Assembly (NCBI GenBank): GCA_037443035.1
Contig: JBBIPC010000001.1
Coordinates: forward strand, 32,001 to 96,000
Length of the DNA: 64,000 bases
Direction of reading: 5' to 3'
Origin: Chthonomonadales bacterium
Lineage (GTDB): Bacteria > Armatimonadota > Chthonomonadetes > Chthonomonadales > CAJBBX01
Position 1 is the first letter of the stretch. The number at the start of each line of letters is the position of its first letter. Made by a program: the position numbers and the translations under genes. The notes under the pieces were generated by a model. It was not told the DNA's origin. It worked only from the letters and a program-made list of their open reading frames with translations, and did not search any database. Shown piece after piece: positions 29,453-39,244 of the stretch.

Positions 29453-29464
29453 ACGACAATGCCC

Positions 29465-29493
29465 AGTATACCGCCAGAGCAAGCCGCTGTCAA
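29465..29493 (-). promoter_or_regulatory. sigma70-type promoter for tRNA-Ala
   Basis: TTGACA-N17-TATACT on minus strand. Confidence 0.8.
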
Positions 29494-29641
29494 CGGTCGA
29501 GATGGTCCTGGGCCAGGCGGTGTCACCGTGTACGGCGAATCGACGATTGGCGGTATAGTTAGGATGGATTCATCCATGGAGGCAGCCCTTCGGTAGCCTT
29601 TGGCTAGGGTGCGAGGTGGCGCTAGGCAAGGAGGAACGAAC

Positions 29642-30016
29642 GTGGAGTTCTCGATAGAGCACGTGGATGGTACGGTCGTTGTTGTGATCAAGTCCGACCG
29701 TCTGGACGCCAACAACGCAAACATCTTCAAACGTTCGATGGAACCGGTCCTGGCCGAAGCCAAGGACGCCATCTTGGATCTCGGGGCTGTGCGTTTCATG
29801 GACAGTTCGGGGATCGGCGCCCTGCTTTCCTGTCTGCGTCGGATGAATGCAGCAGGGGGCACCTTGCGTCTGGCGTCCATTCAGCGACCCGTGCGCCAGG
29901 TCATGGACTTGGTGCGAATGCACCGCGTCTTCGATATCTACGACAATCTCCAGGATGCGCTGAAAGCCGCGCGGGTGCCGGCGGGTACAGTTCGGGAGGC
30001 GGGGTCAGAGGGCTAG
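29642..30016 (+). CDS. STAS-domain anti-sigma factor antagonist (SpoIIAA/RsbV-like)
   Basis: LD...V.FMDSSGIGAL phosphoacceptor motif; AAGGAGG RBS. Confidence 0.92.
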   Translation: MEFSIEHVDGTVVVVIKSDRLDANNANIFKRSMEPVLAEAKDAILDLGAVRFMDSSGIGALLSCLRRMNAAGGTLRLASIQRPVRQVMDLVRMHRVFDIYDNLQDALKAARVPAGTVREAGSEG

Positions 30017-32007
30017 CGTCGCACGACGAGCCAGAGGACGTTACGTCCAAGGTTATCCCGTTTGTACTCCCACTGGTTCACGCTCTGCTTAATGAAGTAG
30101 AGCCCGAGCGGCTGTTCCTTGTCCACACCGAGAGTCGGTTCGGGCACATCGGCTGCTGCGAAGCCTGCGCCGAGGTCGAAAACACGCAACTCGACGCGGT
30201 CTGGGTAAGCCTCGGCAATGATCTGTACGACCAGATCCGAGCGCCTTTCGTGAGCGTGCTGTATGACGTTCGTCGCGGCCTCATGGACGGCAAGGACGAG
30301 ACCTACGACCGTCTCCTCGGGCAGTTTGCTACCGGGTATCGCATCGCAGAAGCTCCGTGCGAACTCCCTTACACGAGGCAAGTGCTCGGAGGCACACGGT
30401 ATCTCCAGCGTGCACGTTAGAACGGGCTTCTCTGGTATGCGGGAAGCGACCGATACTGCGACGCATGTGATGTCGTCACGAGGCGGCACTCCTGCGCAGA
30501 ACTCGGACACGGCGCGCAGAACCTTGGTTGTCACGGCTTGAGGCGGCTGACCATACGCTCGTACGAGGACCTCTTTGAGCCGCTTCGTACCGAATGTCTC
30601 GCCAGCGTCGTTCTCCGCATCTATGACGCCGTCACTGTAGAAGAAGAACTGGTCGCCAAGTTCGAACGGAACTGCGACGGGAGTCACTAGCGCGTGTTCT
30701 GTAAAGCCAAGTGGCATGTCGTGGCCATTGATCAAGGTACAGGTGCGATGCTGGGAGCCGACGTGAGCGATGCCGGTGTGACCGCAGTCTATGATCGTGC
30801 ACTGCTTCGCTTCGGCATCGAACCTGGCGAAGACCAGCGTCACGAAGCTCTCGAGCGCAGTGAGCTCCGAAGACATCCGCTGGTGGACGACGCTGACAAC
30901 CTCCTGGGGGGTGGGCAGCCTGTGGAACGGCTCGAGCCAGCGACCGAGCTGGCGTTGTGCCTCATGAAAGTTGTTCTTTGTGATGGCACCGACCAGCGCG
31001 GCCATGAGGCCCTTGCCCATGACGTCGCCGATTAGCACATCCAGCACTTTCTCGGAATGGACCCACGTACCGACGAAGTCTCCCGAGATGAGGCGGCTCG
31101 CTTTGACCTGAACGGCAACGTCGTAGGCTTCCGTCGCGACGTCTGGGTTGCCGATCAAGAGGGCCTTCTGGATCCTGTCGGCCGCCCGATCTTCTTCCTC
31201 CCTGGCCTGTACCAGCGCAGTTTCGGTGCGGATACGATCGCTCAGATCACGCACCACAACACCCAGCATTGCCGTTTCATCTAGGGGAGCCGAGGACACG
31301 GCGACCTCGACCGGGAACTCCTCGCCACTCCGACGAAGCGCCATCGTCTCGAAGCGGTTGGCGCGATGCGGGATGCTCTTAGCGGAGATTGGGGCAACGC
31401 CCCCGCTGCGCCATTCATGGTGCTTCGACGCCGGGGCTACGACGCTCAGCAAGGGCAAGCCAAGCACCTCGTCTGCTGTGTACCCAAATATCGTCTCGGC
31501 TCGCATGTTCCAGCCGGTGATGTAGGTCTTGCTGTCGGTGGAGATGACCGCGTCCAGTGACGCCTCGACCAAGAGACGCGTCCGTGTCTCGCTAGCTCGG
31601 AGAGCCTCCTGTGCAGCGCGCTCTTCCAGACGCGCACGTTGCTGTTCGATGGCCGCCTGAATGGCCGAGACGAGTCGCGCCGGGCGGTCCTTGAGGATGT
31701 AATCTGTAGCGCCCTTCCGGATGCATTCAGCGGCTGCCTCGTCTCCGAGCTCGCCAGTGACGATGATGACGGGTATCTCGATGCCGTTATGCTTCATCAT
31801 CTCCATGGCATCTATGGCTGTGAAGCCCTGGAGCAGGTAGTCGGCAAGAATCACGTCCGCGGAAACGTTCAACGCGCGGACCAGTCCGTCCAGCGTATCG
31901 ACGCGCTCCCAGACGAACTCGAGCCCCTGCTTCTCCATCGTCTTGGCTATGAGCTGGGCGTCAGCCGGCCGGTCTTCGAGTATGACTATGCGCAGTGGCT
32001 CCGGCAC
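30013..32007 (-). CDS. REC-PAS-SpoIIE(PP2C)-HATPase(RsbW-like) fusion signalling protein
   Basis: REC (ED, ADY, TG, DYILK); PAS (WN..AE..FGY); PP2C (SGDF, GDVMGKG, YSDG, DDIT); HATPase (EAATN, DLGAGF, LGL). Confidence 0.88.
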   Translation of the reverse strand: MPEPLRIVILEDRPADAQLIAKTMEKQGLEFVWERVDTLDGLVRALNVSADVILADYLLQGFTAIDAMEMMKHNGIEIPVIIVTGELGDEAAAECIRKGATDYILKDRPARLVSAIQAAIEQQRARLEERAAQEALRASETRTRLLVEASLDAVISTDSKTYITGWNMRAETIFGYTADEVLGLPLLSVVAPASKHHEWRSGGVAPISAKSIPHRANRFETMALRRSGEEFPVEVAVSSAPLDETAMLGVVVRDLSDRIRTETALVQAREEEDRAADRIQKALLIGNPDVATEAYDVAVQVKASRLISGDFVGTWVHSEKVLDVLIGDVMGKGLMAALVGAITKNNFHEAQRQLGRWLEPFHRLPTPQEVVSVVHQRMSSELTALESFVTLVFARFDAEAKQCTIIDCGHTGIAHVGSQHRTCTLINGHDMPLGFTEHALVTPVAVPFELGDQFFFYSDGVIDAENDAGETFGTKRLKEVLVRAYGQPPQAVTTKVLRAVSEFCAGVPPRDDITCVAVSVASRIPEKPVLTCTLEIPCASEHLPRVREFARSFCDAIPGSKLPEETVVGLVLAVHEAATNVIQHAHERRSDLVVQIIAEAYPDRVELRVFDLGAGFAAADVPEPTLGVDKEQPLGLYFIKQSVNQWEYKRDNLGRNVLWLVVRR

Positions 32008-32231
32008 TGCACGTCCTCCTTAGCGGGACACCATCGGAAGCAAGAACCACACGTGTCAGCAGACCAGGTCTCTCCACTAGAAAGTACCGCATCAAAGGCC
32101 GGAGTCCTTCCTATCTCCGGCGCCGTCGTCCGATGGTGTGCGCTAGCCTGCGATGACTTGCGCAGCCCTCCTGGCACAGCTTCGCCGTAATGTGAGGTAC
32201 GGTACACAGAGGTACGCGTGGAGCGAGGACT

Positions 32232-34364
32232 ATGAACCGACTAGTGCGTTTGGCTTCGGCATGCCTGTGGTTGTTGGCCGCCACCCCGGGTGAGTGCCAG
32301 GAGTCGTTCACTTTTCTGCACATCACCGATACCCATGTTACCTCTCAGCACAATACCGAGCCAGTAGTGGAGTTGCTGGCCCACTTGTCGGACGGCGCCA
32401 AGCCAGCATTCGTTGTCAACACAGGGGACGTGACGGAGCTCGGAACGGAGGCCGAGTTTCAGGCGTACAAGCGCGTGGTTGCTTCGAGCCCTGTGCCGGT
32501 CTATGCCGTGCCTGGCAACCATGATGTTCGCTGGGCGCCTACTGGCAAGGAAGCTTTCGAATCTGCTTGCGGCCGTCTGTATCAGTCCTTCGACTACGGC
32601 GGCTGCCATTTCGTGCTGATGGACAGCACCGTGGTCCTGGAACACTGGGGGCACTTCGATGGAGCCCAGCTGGAATGGCTACGCAACGACTTGCGGCACG
32701 TTGGCACGAACACGCCCGTTTTCTTGTTCTTCCATCACTGGTTAGGGCGAGCGGGGACGAATATTGACAATGCCGCCGAGTTTCTAGAGATCATAGCGCC
32801 GTACAACGTTGTCGCCATCTTCGTGGGCCACGGTCACGCGGACCTGAAGTGGGAGGTGAACGGTATCCCATGCTTCATGGCTAGGGGGCTCTACCAGGGG
32901 TCCCACCACGAGATCCGTGTCGCCGACGGCAAAGCCGAAGTCTACCGGTTGACTGGCAAAGCAGGCACTACCGCAAGAACGCTTCTCGAAGCACGGACGC
33001 TGTCAGGACATCCTCGGCGTAGAGTTGCTTTCGCGTGGGTGGGTCGCGGCAAGGGGCCGAAACGCTCACGCGTTTTTCGAACTGCGCTGACCGATGGTGC
33101 ACGACCAGTGGCGAGCGCACAAGCAACCTGGTGCCTGGACGGTGGCAAGCCCGCAGCCATGGCTAGGCGAACGCCAGGCGATTTGTGGTACAGCCAGGAG
33201 ACGAGCGACGAGGGAGTCGCTAGCGGATGGCATGTGCTCGGCCTTACCGTTACGGACAACGATGGTCGAACGTATACGAGGGAGGTCCCGTTCCAAGTAA
33301 GTCGTGGCGCCGAGGGGCTCGCTACCGTGTGGGAGCGGAGGACAGGCAGCACGATTCAAGGCTCGCCAGTGCTGAGCGACGAGACGCTCTATGTAGGCTC
33401 CTGCGACGCACACGTCTACGCTCTGGATGCGAGGAGCGGACGCGTACGCTGGGCGTATCGGACTGGTGGTGCAGTATACGCCACGCCATGTGTAACCGAT
33501 GCCTTGGTAGTGACGGGCTCGACAGATCATTACGTCTATGCTGTGGACCGCCAGCGAGGAAGGTTGCAGTGGCGTTTCGATGCAGGATCCCCGGTTCTGG
33601 CCACGGCGGCCTTCGCCGACGGCATCTTCTGCGTTGGGGCGAACCGGGCTATCTACGGCATCGATGCAACAACTGGTAAGGCGGTCTGGCGTGTACCGAC
33701 CGGCTCCTTCTTTCAGTCTAAGGCTGCGGCTGCCAACGGGGTGTTCATTCTTGGTGGCTGGGACAACGCTGTCTACGCCGTGGAGGCACGATCCGGTAAT
33801 GTACGATGGAAGGTGCAGATGGGCCGGACCAATGGAGGGAGGGGCACCCTAAGTTTCTACTACTCGCCTGCAATAGCGTCGCCTTGTGTCGGAGACGGAC
33901 GGGTCTACGTGTGCACAAATGATGGCGTCCTGCATGCGCTTTCTCTGGACACTGGGACGGAAGTGTGGACGACTCGAGCGCCAGCAGGAGGAGATACGTT
34001 CGGCTACTCCTCGCCGCTATTCCACGAGGGACGCATTTACGTCGGCGGACTCGGTGAGAAGGGACAAGGTGACTGCTATGCCCTGGACGCTGCTACCGGT
34101 ACACTGGTATGGCGATGCTCGACTGGCGCCGACAACTACGATTCCGGACCGGCCCTTTCGGGCGATCATGTTGTGATCGGATCGGTCCGCGGGCGCCTGA
34201 CGTGGATCGAACGGGCGACAGGAAAGGTGGCGGCCTATTACCAGCCGAGACCAGGATACAGCTTCACGACGCCCGTCTCCGACGGACGATGGACGTATAC
34301 TGCGTCCATGAATGGAACGGTAACGGCTGTGAGCTGTGTTAGCCGGGACGGCGGTGCACTATAG
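32232..34364 (+). CDS. secreted metallophosphoesterase fused to PQQ-like (BamB-type) beta-propeller repeats
   Basis: signal peptide; DTH, GD, GNHD, HH, GHGH motifs; repeated YALDA..G...W units. Confidence 0.88.
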   Translation: MNRLVRLASACLWLLAATPGECQESFTFLHITDTHVTSQHNTEPVVELLAHLSDGAKPAFVVNTGDVTELGTEAEFQAYKRVVASSPVPVYAVPGNHDVRWAPTGKEAFESACGRLYQSFDYGGCHFVLMDSTVVLEHWGHFDGAQLEWLRNDLRHVGTNTPVFLFFHHWLGRAGTNIDNAAEFLEIIAPYNVVAIFVGHGHADLKWEVNGIPCFMARGLYQGSHHEIRVADGKAEVYRLTGKAGTTARTLLEARTLSGHPRRRVAFAWVGRGKGPKRSRVFRTALTDGARPVASAQATWCLDGGKPAAMARRTPGDLWYSQETSDEGVASGWHVLGLTVTDNDGRTYTREVPFQVSRGAEGLATVWERRTGSTIQGSPVLSDETLYVGSCDAHVYALDARSGRVRWAYRTGGAVYATPCVTDALVVTGSTDHYVYAVDRQRGRLQWRFDAGSPVLATAAFADGIFCVGANRAIYGIDATTGKAVWRVPTGSFFQSKAAAANGVFILGGWDNAVYAVEARSGNVRWKVQMGRTNGGRGTLSFYYSPAIASPCVGDGRVYVCTNDGVLHALSLDTGTEVWTTRAPAGGDTFGYSSPLFHEGRIYVGGLGEKGQGDCYALDAATGTLVWRCSTGADNYDSGPALSGDHVVIGSVRGRLTWIERATGKVAAYYQPRPGYSFTTPVSDGRWTYTASMNGTVTAVSCVSRDGGAL

Positions 34365-34377
34365 AGGAGAAAGGCAT

Positions 34378-34563
34378 ATGATCAGCAACGACCTCATCAA
34401 CATCTTGGCGTGTCCGGCGTGCGACAGCCGCCCTCCGGTGCGTCTAGACGGCGAGTGGATTGTCTGCACTGAGTGCATGCGACGGTATCCGATCCGGGAT
34501 GGAATCCCGATCATGCTGGTGAGCGAGGCCCAGTTGGCAGAGGACCTGGAGGCGAATGCATGA
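34378..34563 (+). CDS. Trm112/YcaR (UPF0434) family protein
   Basis: ILACP.C...C..C.R.YPIRDGIPIML. Confidence 0.9.
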   Translation: MISNDLINILACPACDSRPPVRLDGEWIVCTECMRRYPIRDGIPIMLVSEAQLAEDLEANA

Positions 34564-35006
34564 TCCGCCTGCTCGTGCTGCACGGTCCGAATTTGAACCT
34601 CCTGGGGGTTCGCGAGCCCGAGGTCTATGGCAAGGTCAGCTTCGACGATCTCAACCGCAGCATCAAACAGAGGGCCGCGGAGGTCGGCATCGAGGTGCGC
34701 ATTCTGCAATCGAACTCCGAGGGGGAGCTCATAGACGCCATCCACGATGCCTTGAGCTGGGCTGACGGCATTATCATCAACCCCGGTGCCCTGACGCATT
34801 ACTCGTACGCCATACGGGACGCTCTTGTGGCCGTGCGTCTACCGTGCATCGAGGTTCACATCAGCAACATCCACAGTCGAGAAGAATGGCGCCGGCGATC
34901 CGTGATTTCCCCCGTTGTTACCGGACAGATCGTCGGCTTCGGGAGCAGTGGTTATCTCCTCGCTCTGGAGGCGATGAGAGACCTTGTGGAGGAGAGCCAT
35001 AGATGA
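34560..35006 (+). CDS. aroQ: type II 3-dehydroquinate dehydratase
   Basis: HGPNLNLLG.REP.VYG, QSN.EG, INPGA.THYS, EVHISN. Confidence 0.97.
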   Translation: MIRLLVLHGPNLNLLGVREPEVYGKVSFDDLNRSIKQRAAEVGIEVRILQSNSEGELIDAIHDALSWADGIIINPGALTHYSYAIRDALVAVRLPCIEVHISNIHSREEWRRRSVISPVVTGQIVGFGSSGYLLALEAMRDLVEESHR

Positions 35007-36091
35007 CCGCACGCCAAGCAACCGCACGTCGCCTGGCCCTCTTGCGGGGCGCCCTGCGCGAGAGAGACATCGAGGCGATCCTCCTGAGCAACATGCTCAG
35101 CATCCGGTGGCTGACAAGCTTCACTGGGTCCTTTGGCTTCGTCTACGTGGACATGGCTTCAGCCTGGCTCGCCGTGGACTCCCGCTATCGGCTCCAGGCA
35201 AGCGAACAATGCGATGGACTGGAGATCCGCAATCTGACTTCCAGCGCAGCCGATAACCTCACCGAGATGCTAGGCGAGGCTGGGACGCACCGGATCGGTG
35301 TAGAGAGCGACCATCTTACTGTCGCGGCGCTCGAGCGGTACAGAGAACGCCTGGATGGTAAGGCGGATCTGGTGCCGGTGGCAGACGTTGTCCGAATTCT
35401 TCGCTACCGCAAGGATGAGACCGAACTCGCAGCCATCGAGCAAGCCTGCGCCATTGCAGACGAGGTATTCACGCATATCTGCGGCGTACTACGACCAGGC
35501 ACAACAGAACGTGATATCATGCTGGAGATCGAGTGGCGCATAAGGAAGGTGCACAAGGCCGAGGTGGCATTCCCTACGATCGTTGTCTCAGGCCCCCGGA
35601 CGGCGATGCCGCACGGCCAGCCGTCGGACAGGACGATGGAGGTCGGCGATCTTGTGACGCTCGATTTCGGCGCGCGCTGGGACGGGTACTGCTCGGATAT
35701 CACCCGGACCGTAGTCGTCGGTCGTGCGAACGAGGAGCAGCGGCGAGTGTATGACACGGTCTTGCATGCTCAGCAACGCGCCGTAGCGGCAATGACGGCT
35801 GGCGTACCAGCGAAGGATGTGGACGCACAGGCCCGGAAGTTCATCGCGGACGCAGGGCACGGTGATCATTTCGGTCACGGCCTCGGTCACGGCGTGGGAC
35901 TGGAGGTCCATGATGGACCCAACATGAGTCCGCGCAGTGACTTCGCACTCGAGGCCGGTATGGTGATGACGGTGGAACCCGGTATCTACGTCCCCGAATG
36001 GGGTGGCGTTCGCATAGAGGACGACGTGCTGGTAATGGATGGTGGCTGCCGCGTCTTGACGCAAGCGACGCGGGAGCTTCTGGAGCTGTAG
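35003..36091 (+). CDS. M24 Xaa-Pro aminopeptidase (YqhT/PepQ-like)
   Basis: PH, DFG, SDITRT, HGLGHGVGLEVH, EPGIY, GVRIEDD. Confidence 0.93.
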   Translation: MTARQATARRLALLRGALRERDIEAILLSNMLSIRWLTSFTGSFGFVYVDMASAWLAVDSRYRLQASEQCDGLEIRNLTSSAADNLTEMLGEAGTHRIGVESDHLTVAALERYRERLDGKADLVPVADVVRILRYRKDETELAAIEQACAIADEVFTHICGVLRPGTTERDIMLEIEWRIRKVHKAEVAFPTIVVSGPRTAMPHGQPSDRTMEVGDLVTLDFGARWDGYCSDITRTVVVGRANEEQRRVYDTVLHAQQRAVAAMTAGVPAKDVDAQARKFIADAGHGDHFGHGLGHGVGLEVHDGPNMSPRSDFALEAGMVMTVEPGIYVPEWGGVRIEDDVLVMDGGCRVLTQATRELLEL

Positions 36092-36190
36092 GCCCGTCAC
36101 CGCCGACTGCATGTCGGATGCGTGCAGACTCGTGGGTGGACTACCGGGAGTCAGCAATCCGCCCGATGCTCGAGGGCAATGGGCGTCGAG

Positions 36191-37162
36191 CTACTGCGTC
36201 GCCTTTGGGGCGAGGAGCTGCTGTATTGCTGGGGTGTCGAGATTCTCCCGGGTTACGACGGTCACTCCTGTGTCAATGACGCGAGGCTCGATCTTCTCGC
36301 CGTTCGCCGCTCGAAGGGCAGTCTTCACCCCCTCGTAGCCCATGCGGTAGGGGTTCTGGACGATGAGCGCTTCCACAACGCCATCGCGGAGGGCTTGGAT
36401 CTCGGCCTCCGATGCGTCGTAGCAGACCAGCTTCACCTTGCCAACCTTGTTCAGCTGGCGAACGGCCTGGATCGCTCCCTCTGCCCCTCCCTGATTGGCT
36501 GCGAAGATGCCTGCCAGGTCCGGCGTGGACGTGATCATGGATTTGGTCTTGTCAAGACCGACCGAGACATCACTGTTCGAGTACAGAACCCTGTCGCCTA
36601 GCTCTACACCCGGATACTGAGCGATGCCTTCCTTGAACCCGCGCTCGCGATCGTCCGAGGAGCCTGCGCCTTTGATGAAGGGGAGAAGCCCTACTTTTCC
36701 TTTCTTTCCGATCGCTTGGGCCAGAGCGTCGGCAGCTGCGCGGCCGCCCTTGACGTTATCGGTCGCCAGGAACGCGGCGCTCACATCCGGCGTGATGCCG
36801 GAGTCGATCATTACCACAGGTATGCCCTGCTTCTGAGCATCCTCGACGTACCGGACGAGGCTCTTGGCATCACAAGCCGCAAGTACGATGGCCTTGACCT
36901 TCTTCGTGATCGCATTCTGGACCACACGAATCTGTCCGTCAATGTCCGTTTCCTCGGTGGGGCCTTCCCAGTGGATGGTGACGTTCATCTCCTTGCCTGC
37001 GTCCTCGGCGCCGGCCTTCACAGCTAGCCAGAACGACTGACTCGTGCCCTTGGGTATGACGGCGATGACGGATTTCTGATCCTTCGGCTTCTCCTCCGAG
37101 CAGCCTGACGCCAGCAACATCAGCCCGCACACGGCAGCCCCGAGCAGAGCAGGATGTCTCAT
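36191..37162 (-). CDS. sugar ABC transporter substrate-binding lipoprotein (RbsB-like), orphan
   Basis: lipobox LASGC; IAVIPKG...FW..V..GA, ATDN, QNPY.MGY.GV. Confidence 0.9.
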   Translation of the reverse strand: MRHPALLGAAVCGLMLLASGCSEEKPKDQKSVIAVIPKGTSQSFWLAVKAGAEDAGKEMNVTIHWEGPTEETDIDGQIRVVQNAITKKVKAIVLAACDAKSLVRYVEDAQKQGIPVVMIDSGITPDVSAAFLATDNVKGGRAAADALAQAIGKKGKVGLLPFIKGAGSSDDRERGFKEGIAQYPGVELGDRVLYSNSDVSVGLDKTKSMITSTPDLAGIFAANQGGAEGAIQAVRQLNKVGKVKLVCYDASEAEIQALRDGVVEALIVQNPYRMGYEGVKTALRAANGEKIEPRVIDTGVTVVTRENLDTPAIQQLLAPKATQ

Positions 37163-37217
37163 AGCGTTGTCCTCCTACGCATTGCCCGCCGACACGGTCG
37201 GGCACACATTCGCAGCG

Positions 37218-37246
37218 AGTATAGCGATGCATGAGGCGCGTGTCAA
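37218..37246 (-). promoter_or_regulatory. sigma70-type promoter for the substrate-binding protein
   Basis: TTGACA-N17-TATACT on minus strand. Confidence 0.8.
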
Positions 37247-37264
37247 CTGGGCGGATGCTTAGCA

Positions 37265-37293
37265 TTGCTTCATGCATTCTTGCGGGGTAAACT
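37265..37293 (+). promoter_or_regulatory. sigma70-type promoter for queF-queD-pnt
   Basis: TTGCTT-N17-TAAACT. Confidence 0.55.
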
Positions 37294-37333
37294 GCAATCG
37301 TGAGTCCTAGCAACGGAGTTTTCATGTAACGCC

Positions 37334-37699
37334 ATGCCAACGCCGCCCGAGAGGCTCGAAGTGTTCGATAACCCACGTCCCGAGCGGGTCTACACGATTC
37401 GCCACGTCTGTCCGGAGTTCACCTCGGTATGCCCCATAACGGGTCTACCGGACTTCGGGGTGATTACGATCGAGTACGTCCCAGACCGCCTTTGCGTGGA
37501 GCTCAAGTCGCTGAAGTACTACCTGTTCCGCTTTCGCCAGCAGGGCATCTTCTACGAAGCAGTCGTGAACCAGATCCTGGACGATCTCGTGGCAGTGCTC
37601 AAGCCCCGGCGCATGCAGGTCACCGGTGCCTTCAACGTGCGGGGCGGCATCCGTTCTACGGTCATCGCCGAATACCACGCCGAGGACGGGAGCCGCTAG
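37334..37699 (+). CDS. queF: NADPH-dependent preQ0 reductase QueF (type I)
   Basis: [14 protein letters not shown], QueF motif [12 protein letters not shown]. Confidence 0.95.
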   Translation: MPTPPERLEVFDNPRPERVYTIRHVCPEFTSVCPITGLPDFGVITIEYVPDRLCVELKSLKYYLFRFRQQGIFYEAVVNQILDDLVAVLKPRRMQVTGAFNVRGGIRSTVIAEYHAEDGSR

Positions 37700-37706
37700 C
37701 ACGTCC

Positions 37707-38072
37707 ATGTACACCCTCATCGTTCGTAGTGCCTTCGATGCTGCGCATTGCCTCCCAGGATACGACGGGAAGTGCGCGCGTCTGCATGGCCACACCTATC
37801 GCGTGGAGGCGGAGTTCCAGGGCGACCGGCTGAACGAGCAGGGCATGTTGCTGGACTTTGTGGAGCTGCGCAGCGCCCTCGAGGCTGTACTTCCGGACCA
37901 CGCTAACCTCAACGAGATCCTCGATGTAGTGCCTACCGCGGAGAATATCGCAAGGTGGGTGTATGACCGACTTCAAAGCAGAGGACTTCCCGTGGCGGCC
38001 GTGACGGTCTGGGAGACGGATCATTACGGGTGCCGCTATGCTTCCGACGGCGCGGCTACGAAAGGAGGCTAG
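37707..38072 (+). CDS. queD: 6-carboxytetrahydropterin synthase QueD / PTPS family
   Basis: FDAAH.L, C.RLHGHTY, DH..LN, PTAENIA, WET. Confidence 0.9.
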   Translation: MYTLIVRSAFDAAHCLPGYDGKCARLHGHTYRVEAEFQGDRLNEQGMLLDFVELRSALEAVLPDHANLNEILDVVPTAENIARWVYDRLQSRGLPVAAVTVWETDHYGCRYASDGAATKGG

Positions 38073-38073
38073 C

Positions 38074-39237
38074 TTGGTTGTAGGAGTTGTCAGGGAGAAG
38101 TACGTCGGAGAGAGACGTGTAGCGCTGGTTCCTGCTTCGGCAACCCAGTTGCGCAAGGCTGGTCTCGACGTCCTCGTGGAGGCCCAAGCCGGTGCAGCAG
38201 CCGGTTATCCAGATGCTCTGTATGTTGACTCAGGCTGCAGCGTTGTGGCAGACCGCGAGGAGCTGCTTGCCAAGTGCGATGTATTGCTGGCCGTACGCGC
38301 ATGCGGGGCTGACCCTGATGGCTGGCCCGGCATCCAGGCTGCGCTCAAGGCCGGCCGAGCAGTGATCGCCATGATGGACCCGTTGGGCGCTCCGGAGGTA
38401 CTGCAGGATGCTGCAGCGGCCGGGCTGACGCTCTTCGCCCTGGAACTCCTGCCGCGCATCACCAGGGCGCAAGCCATGGACGTGCTGTCGTCGCAGGCGA
38501 ATCTGGCCGGGTACAAGGCCGTGCTGCTTGCGGCGAACGCGCTGCCGAAGCTATTCCCCATGATGATGACGGCCGCAGGAACGATCACGCCTTCGAAGGT
38601 GTTCGTCTTGGGAGCAGGCGTCGCCGGACTGCAGGCCATCGCGACTGCTCGGCGCCTGGGAGCCGTCGTGACCGCCTACGATGTTCGTCCGGCCGTCAAG
38701 GAGCAGGTAGAAAGCCTGGGGGCGCGGTTCGCAGAGCTGCCCCTCGAAGTCGGCGAGGCCCAGGACACTGGCGGTTACGCTAAGGCTTTGGGCGAGGATT
38801 TCTACCGCCGGCAGGCCGAGATGATGGCTGGGATACTGGCCGAAACGGATGCAGTCATCACTACCGCGGCCGTGCCTGGCAAGAAAGCACCGGTGCTGAT
38901 CACCAAGGAGATGGTCGAAGGCATGCGACCGGGCTCTGTGATTGTGGACCTGGCTGCGGAACGGGGCGGGAACTGCGAGCTTACACAGGCGGGCAAGTCC
39001 GTCGAACATGCAGGTGTCACGGTTATCGGCCCGATGAACCTGCCTTCGGAGGTTCCGTTCCACGCAAGTCAGCTCTACGGAAAGAACATGGCCAACTTCG
39101 TCGCATACGTCACCAAAGGTGGCGCCCTCTCTCTGGACACAACAGACGAGATAGTCGCCGGGACGCTTGTGGCGAGCGACGGGAAGCTGGTCCACGCCGC
39201 AGTACGGCAGGCTCTTGGTCTGCCCGAGAAGGAGTAG
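38074..39237 (+). CDS. pntA: NAD(P) transhydrogenase alpha subunit, part 1 (dI)
   Basis: ERRVAL, PRITRAQ.MDVLSS, GAGVAGL, GGYAK, DLAAE.GGNC; TTG start after AAGGAGG. Confidence 0.95.
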   Translation: MVVGVVREKYVGERRVALVPASATQLRKAGLDVLVEAQAGAAAGYPDALYVDSGCSVVADREELLAKCDVLLAVRACGADPDGWPGIQAALKAGRAVIAMMDPLGAPEVLQDAAAAGLTLFALELLPRITRAQAMDVLSSQANLAGYKAVLLAANALPKLFPMMMTAAGTITPSKVFVLGAGVAGLQAIATARRLGAVVTAYDVRPAVKEQVESLGARFAELPLEVGEAQDTGGYAKALGEDFYRRQAEMMAGILAETDAVITTAAVPGKKAPVLITKEMVEGMRPGSVIVDLAAERGGNCELTQAGKSVEHAGVTVIGPMNLPSEVPFHASQLYGKNMANFVAYVTKGGALSLDTTDEIVAGTLVASDGKLVHAAVRQALGLPEKE

Positions 39238-39244
39238 CTCCACG

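Noticed and set aside
12160..29500. tRNA genes as integration sites for mobile elements
   Set aside because: No integrase or transposase seen, and I noticed no duplicated tRNA 3' end; the flanks are housekeeping genes
37294..37333. preQ1 riboswitch upstream of queF
   Set aside because: Only a small hairpin is present; the A-rich tail and pseudoknot of preQ1-I are missing and the leader is short
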